In this document: piece by piece, positions 60,915-64,000 of the stretch
Numbering within the stretch: the stretch's first letter is position 1
Layout of the letters: every line of letters starts with the position of its first letter
Assembly: GCA_951406725.2 (NCBI GenBank)
Contig: OX597827.1
Span: forward strand, 38,006,001 to 38,070,000
Reading direction: 5' to 3'
Length of the DNA: 64,000 nucleotides
DNA from: Octopus vulgaris
Lineage: Eukaryota
The notes under the pieces: generated by a model
Told to the model about the DNA's origin: nothing
What the model saw: the letters and a program-made list of their open reading frames with translations, nothing else
Databases searched by the model: none
Made by a program: the position numbers and the translations under genes

Positions 60915-62801
60915 GTGAGACAATATTATTATTAATAATTATTTGCACATATAATTTGCCATTAATAGCCGACGAGAATGTATCGTGGCTCTCCACTCCG
61001 ATATTCGAAACTTTGAGTACTATAATGACAACCTTTTACTGTTTGTTCTAAATTATAATATACTAGCAGTATCGCCCGGCGTTGCTCGGGTTTGTAAGGG
61101 AAATAACTATATAAGCATTTTTAGAGTGTTATAGCCAAAAAATAGCAAAAGAATGCATTAAAAATGGAAAAAAAATTAAGGTAAATTTTTTTTTAAATCG
61201 TTGACACATCGTAGATATTTTTAGAGAGTTATTTCCCTTATATAATAGCGAAAAAATGCATTAAAATGGAAAAATATGATGGTAAATTTTTTTTAAATCG
61301 TAGACTCATCGTAGACGCGCGCTAATACCCAGAAGGGCTCGATATGACTCACGACTATAAGATACCCGGTTTTGGTTACACTGCACCGCAAAATGTGGGA
61401 GTAGTTAGGAATCTAAATCGTAGGAGACAGACACACAACCTTTCTTTTATATATAAATATTTTCGTCCTAAAAGACTTTGTATGGATTGAATGGTTACCT
61501 CTATGGAAATATATACACGCACATTATACATACATGTGTGTATAGATGAATATATAAATACATTTAAATATCTATATACACTTTTGGGCGAACTTTCTGT
61601 TTCTTAGAGATAACTTTATCCCGTCCGATTCGCTCCAAAATTTACAGGGACATGTAGAATGAGGTGACGATGCTCGTGGGCTACCTTAGAAATCCCTATC
61701 TTAAAAGGTGTGGTTGCTAGGGGCCATCTTCCTCACTCACCCTATTTCCTCCAGTACCCTGTCACTCCTCTTCATTTGACAGGCCACTACGGTTATTTAA
61801 TGTAAAGTCTTCCTCAAATCACTCTCTCGCTATTTACTCCTATCTTCCAAGAACATTTTCACTCACACTTATCTCTTAGCTTCCCATACATTTTACTCAT
61901 GTATCTATCAGCGTCATAGACAGAAACAAATATTACATCGCCATCGCATTCTATTGTCTACCTGTCAACACACATACAGTGAATTACTTTCACTTTATTC
62001 GTAGCACACTGTGTGTGTGCGTATGCGTGTGCTGTAGCCCACACTAAGAAAAGCATTTGACATACACACCACAATGTGAGTTTTCTCTAAATTTTGCTTA
62101 ATTGGGGTTGAAATTTTAAAAACTGGACCTGGCACGACCCGATGCATTCTACTCTTAAAAATGCTAGGTAAATTGTAATTGAAGAAATCCTATATTGTAG
62201 ATTTCTATAAGATACAAAGGGAGGCAGATAAAATCTGCCTTTTATAATAAGAGATCCCTTGGTTCTGGGCGTGCAAGGCTGAACTTTAACGCTGTAAGAT
62301 TTTACAATGTTCAACTGCAAACAGAACTGGTCAAAATGGCGTCCTTAGGGAGCGAAGATAATACGCGTCTGCTTCAATGAAAGGCTTTCTGCTGTCTGCT
62401 GACTGCTATGTGTCCCTCTGGACGCTCAGTTGGTCAACGTTTTACGCTCCCTTGCCTCTTTGTTAAGGTTCGCCTTCCCCTGCCATTCAACTAATGCCAC
62501 GACAGTAAATCTGTTCTTCCGGTCATCGCGTTGCGCGAGAGGGCCCTTCCCTTCCGCCTTCGCGTATGCGCGAGAGAGCGTTTCGCGCGCGCACCGTTGT
62601 ATTGATCACTACAAATCTATTTACCACGCTCTGTATTTAGACACACACACATTTTCCGTTTTGTTGCTAGGAAACCATTAACTGTTGCAGATAATGTTCT
62701 ATTTTTATAAGACATCAGTGCTAGTTGCTGGCCTCTTAAGACGCCCGACCGCTATTTTAAATACACTCAAGCCTGCTTGCTGCTTAGATAATTTTATCGT
62801 C

Positions 62802-62854
62802 ATGTCTGACTATCCTGTGAAAAAAGGACGTGAACCCGGGGTACATGAGACACG
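62802..62854 (+). pseudogene. RNASEH1: RNase H1 first coding exon, copy 3
   Basis: Identical to 58417-58469. Confidence 0.8.
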
Positions 62855-64000
62855 GTGAGACAATATTATTATTAATAATTATTTGCACATATAATTTGCC
62901 ATTAATAGCCGACGAGAATGTATCGTGGCTCTCCACTCCGATATTCGAAACTTTGAGTACTATAATGACAACCTTTTACTGTTTGTTCTAAATTATAATA
63001 TACTAGCAGTATCGCCCGGCGTTGCTCGGGTTTGTAAGGGAAATAACTATATAAGCATTTTTAGAGTGTTATAGCCAAAAAATAGCAAAAGAATGCATTA
63101 AAAATGGAAAAAAAATTAAGGTAAATTTTTTTTTAAATCGTTGACACATCGTAGATATTTTTAGAGAGTTATTTCCCTTATATAATAGCGAAAAAATGCA
63201 TTAAAATGGAAAAATATGATGGTAAATTTTTTTAAAATCGTAGACTCATCGTAGACGCGCGCTAATACCCAGAAGGGCTCGATATGACTCACGACTATAA
63301 GATACCCGGTTTTGGTTACACTGCACCGCAAAATGTGGGAGTAGTTAGGAATCTAAATCGTAGGAGACAGACACACAACCTTTCTTTTATATATAAATAT
63401 TTTCGTCCTAAAAGACTTTGTATGGATTGAATGGTTACCTCTATGGAAATATATACACGCACATTATACATACATGTGTGTATAGATGAATATATAAATA
63501 CATTTAAATATCTATATACACTTTTGGGCGAACTTTCTGTTTCTTAGAGATAACTTTATCCCGTCCGATTCGCTCCAAAATTTACAGGGACATGTAGAAT
63601 GAGGTGACGATGCTCGTGGGCTACCTTAGAAATCCCTATCTTAAAAGGTGTGGTTGCTAGGGGCCATCTTCCTCACTCACCCTATTTCCTCCAGTACCCT
63701 GTCACTCCTCTTCATTTGACAGGCCACTACGGTTATTTAATGTAAAGTCTTCCTCAAATCACTCTCTCGCTATTTACTCCTATCTTCCAAGAACATTTTC
63801 ACTCACACTTATCTCTTAGCTTCCCATACATTTTACTCATGTATCTATCAGCGTCATAGACAGAAACAAATATTACATCGCCATCGCATTCTATTGTCTA
63901 CCTGTCAACACACATACAGTGAATTACTTTCACTTTATTCGTAGCACACTGTGTGTGTGCGTATGCGTGTGCTGTAGCCCACACTAAGAAAAGCATTTGA

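Larger units (their letters stand above)
57804..64000. repeat. ~1.94-kb tandem array (three units visible, continuing past the window end)
   Basis: Units start CTATATTGTAGAT at 57804, 60250 and 62190. Units 2 and 3 are offset by exactly 1940 bp; unit 1 carries an extra 512-bp insertion. Confidence 0.95.

Noticed and set aside
60147-62681. Repeated 77-aa and 83-aa ORFs in the array
   Set aside because: They cross Helitron/promoter boundaries, the 83-aa frame is altered in unit 1, and neither shows a protein motif.

Overview
Repeat-rich, AT-rich eukaryotic genomic DNA. The CORE- and Nin/Deu-type tRNA SINEs and RTE-tail repeats look like those of Octopus (inference). The main host gene is a + strand RNase H1 family gene with seven exons at 18785-29312; its exon 1 is not found between position 1 and 18785. 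The reading frame and GT-AG splice sites are intact, yet two of the four catalytic acidic residues are replaced (VYTDG->VFIAG, TDS->TSS), so it looks like a catalytically dead RNA:DNA-hybrid binder. A broken COMMD4 3' fragment lies tail-to-tail with it. At the right end, a ~1.94-kb tandem array (from 57804, running off the window) repeats a CpG-rich promoter, a degenerate RNase H1 first coding exon and Helitron ends, which suggests local amplification of the RNase H1 locus. A 455-bp palindrome (2940-3394) carries two opposite-strand minimal type I hammerhead ribozymes of Penelope-like type. Other elements: two LTR-bounded Ty3/Gypsy copies (one nested in a third relative), a full-length Tc1, a near full-length RTE LINE, R4/Dong-like, mariner and hAT fragments, non-autonomous Helitrons, many SINEs and microsatellites. 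Coordinates and alignments were read by eye; boundaries of degenerate repeats are approximate.
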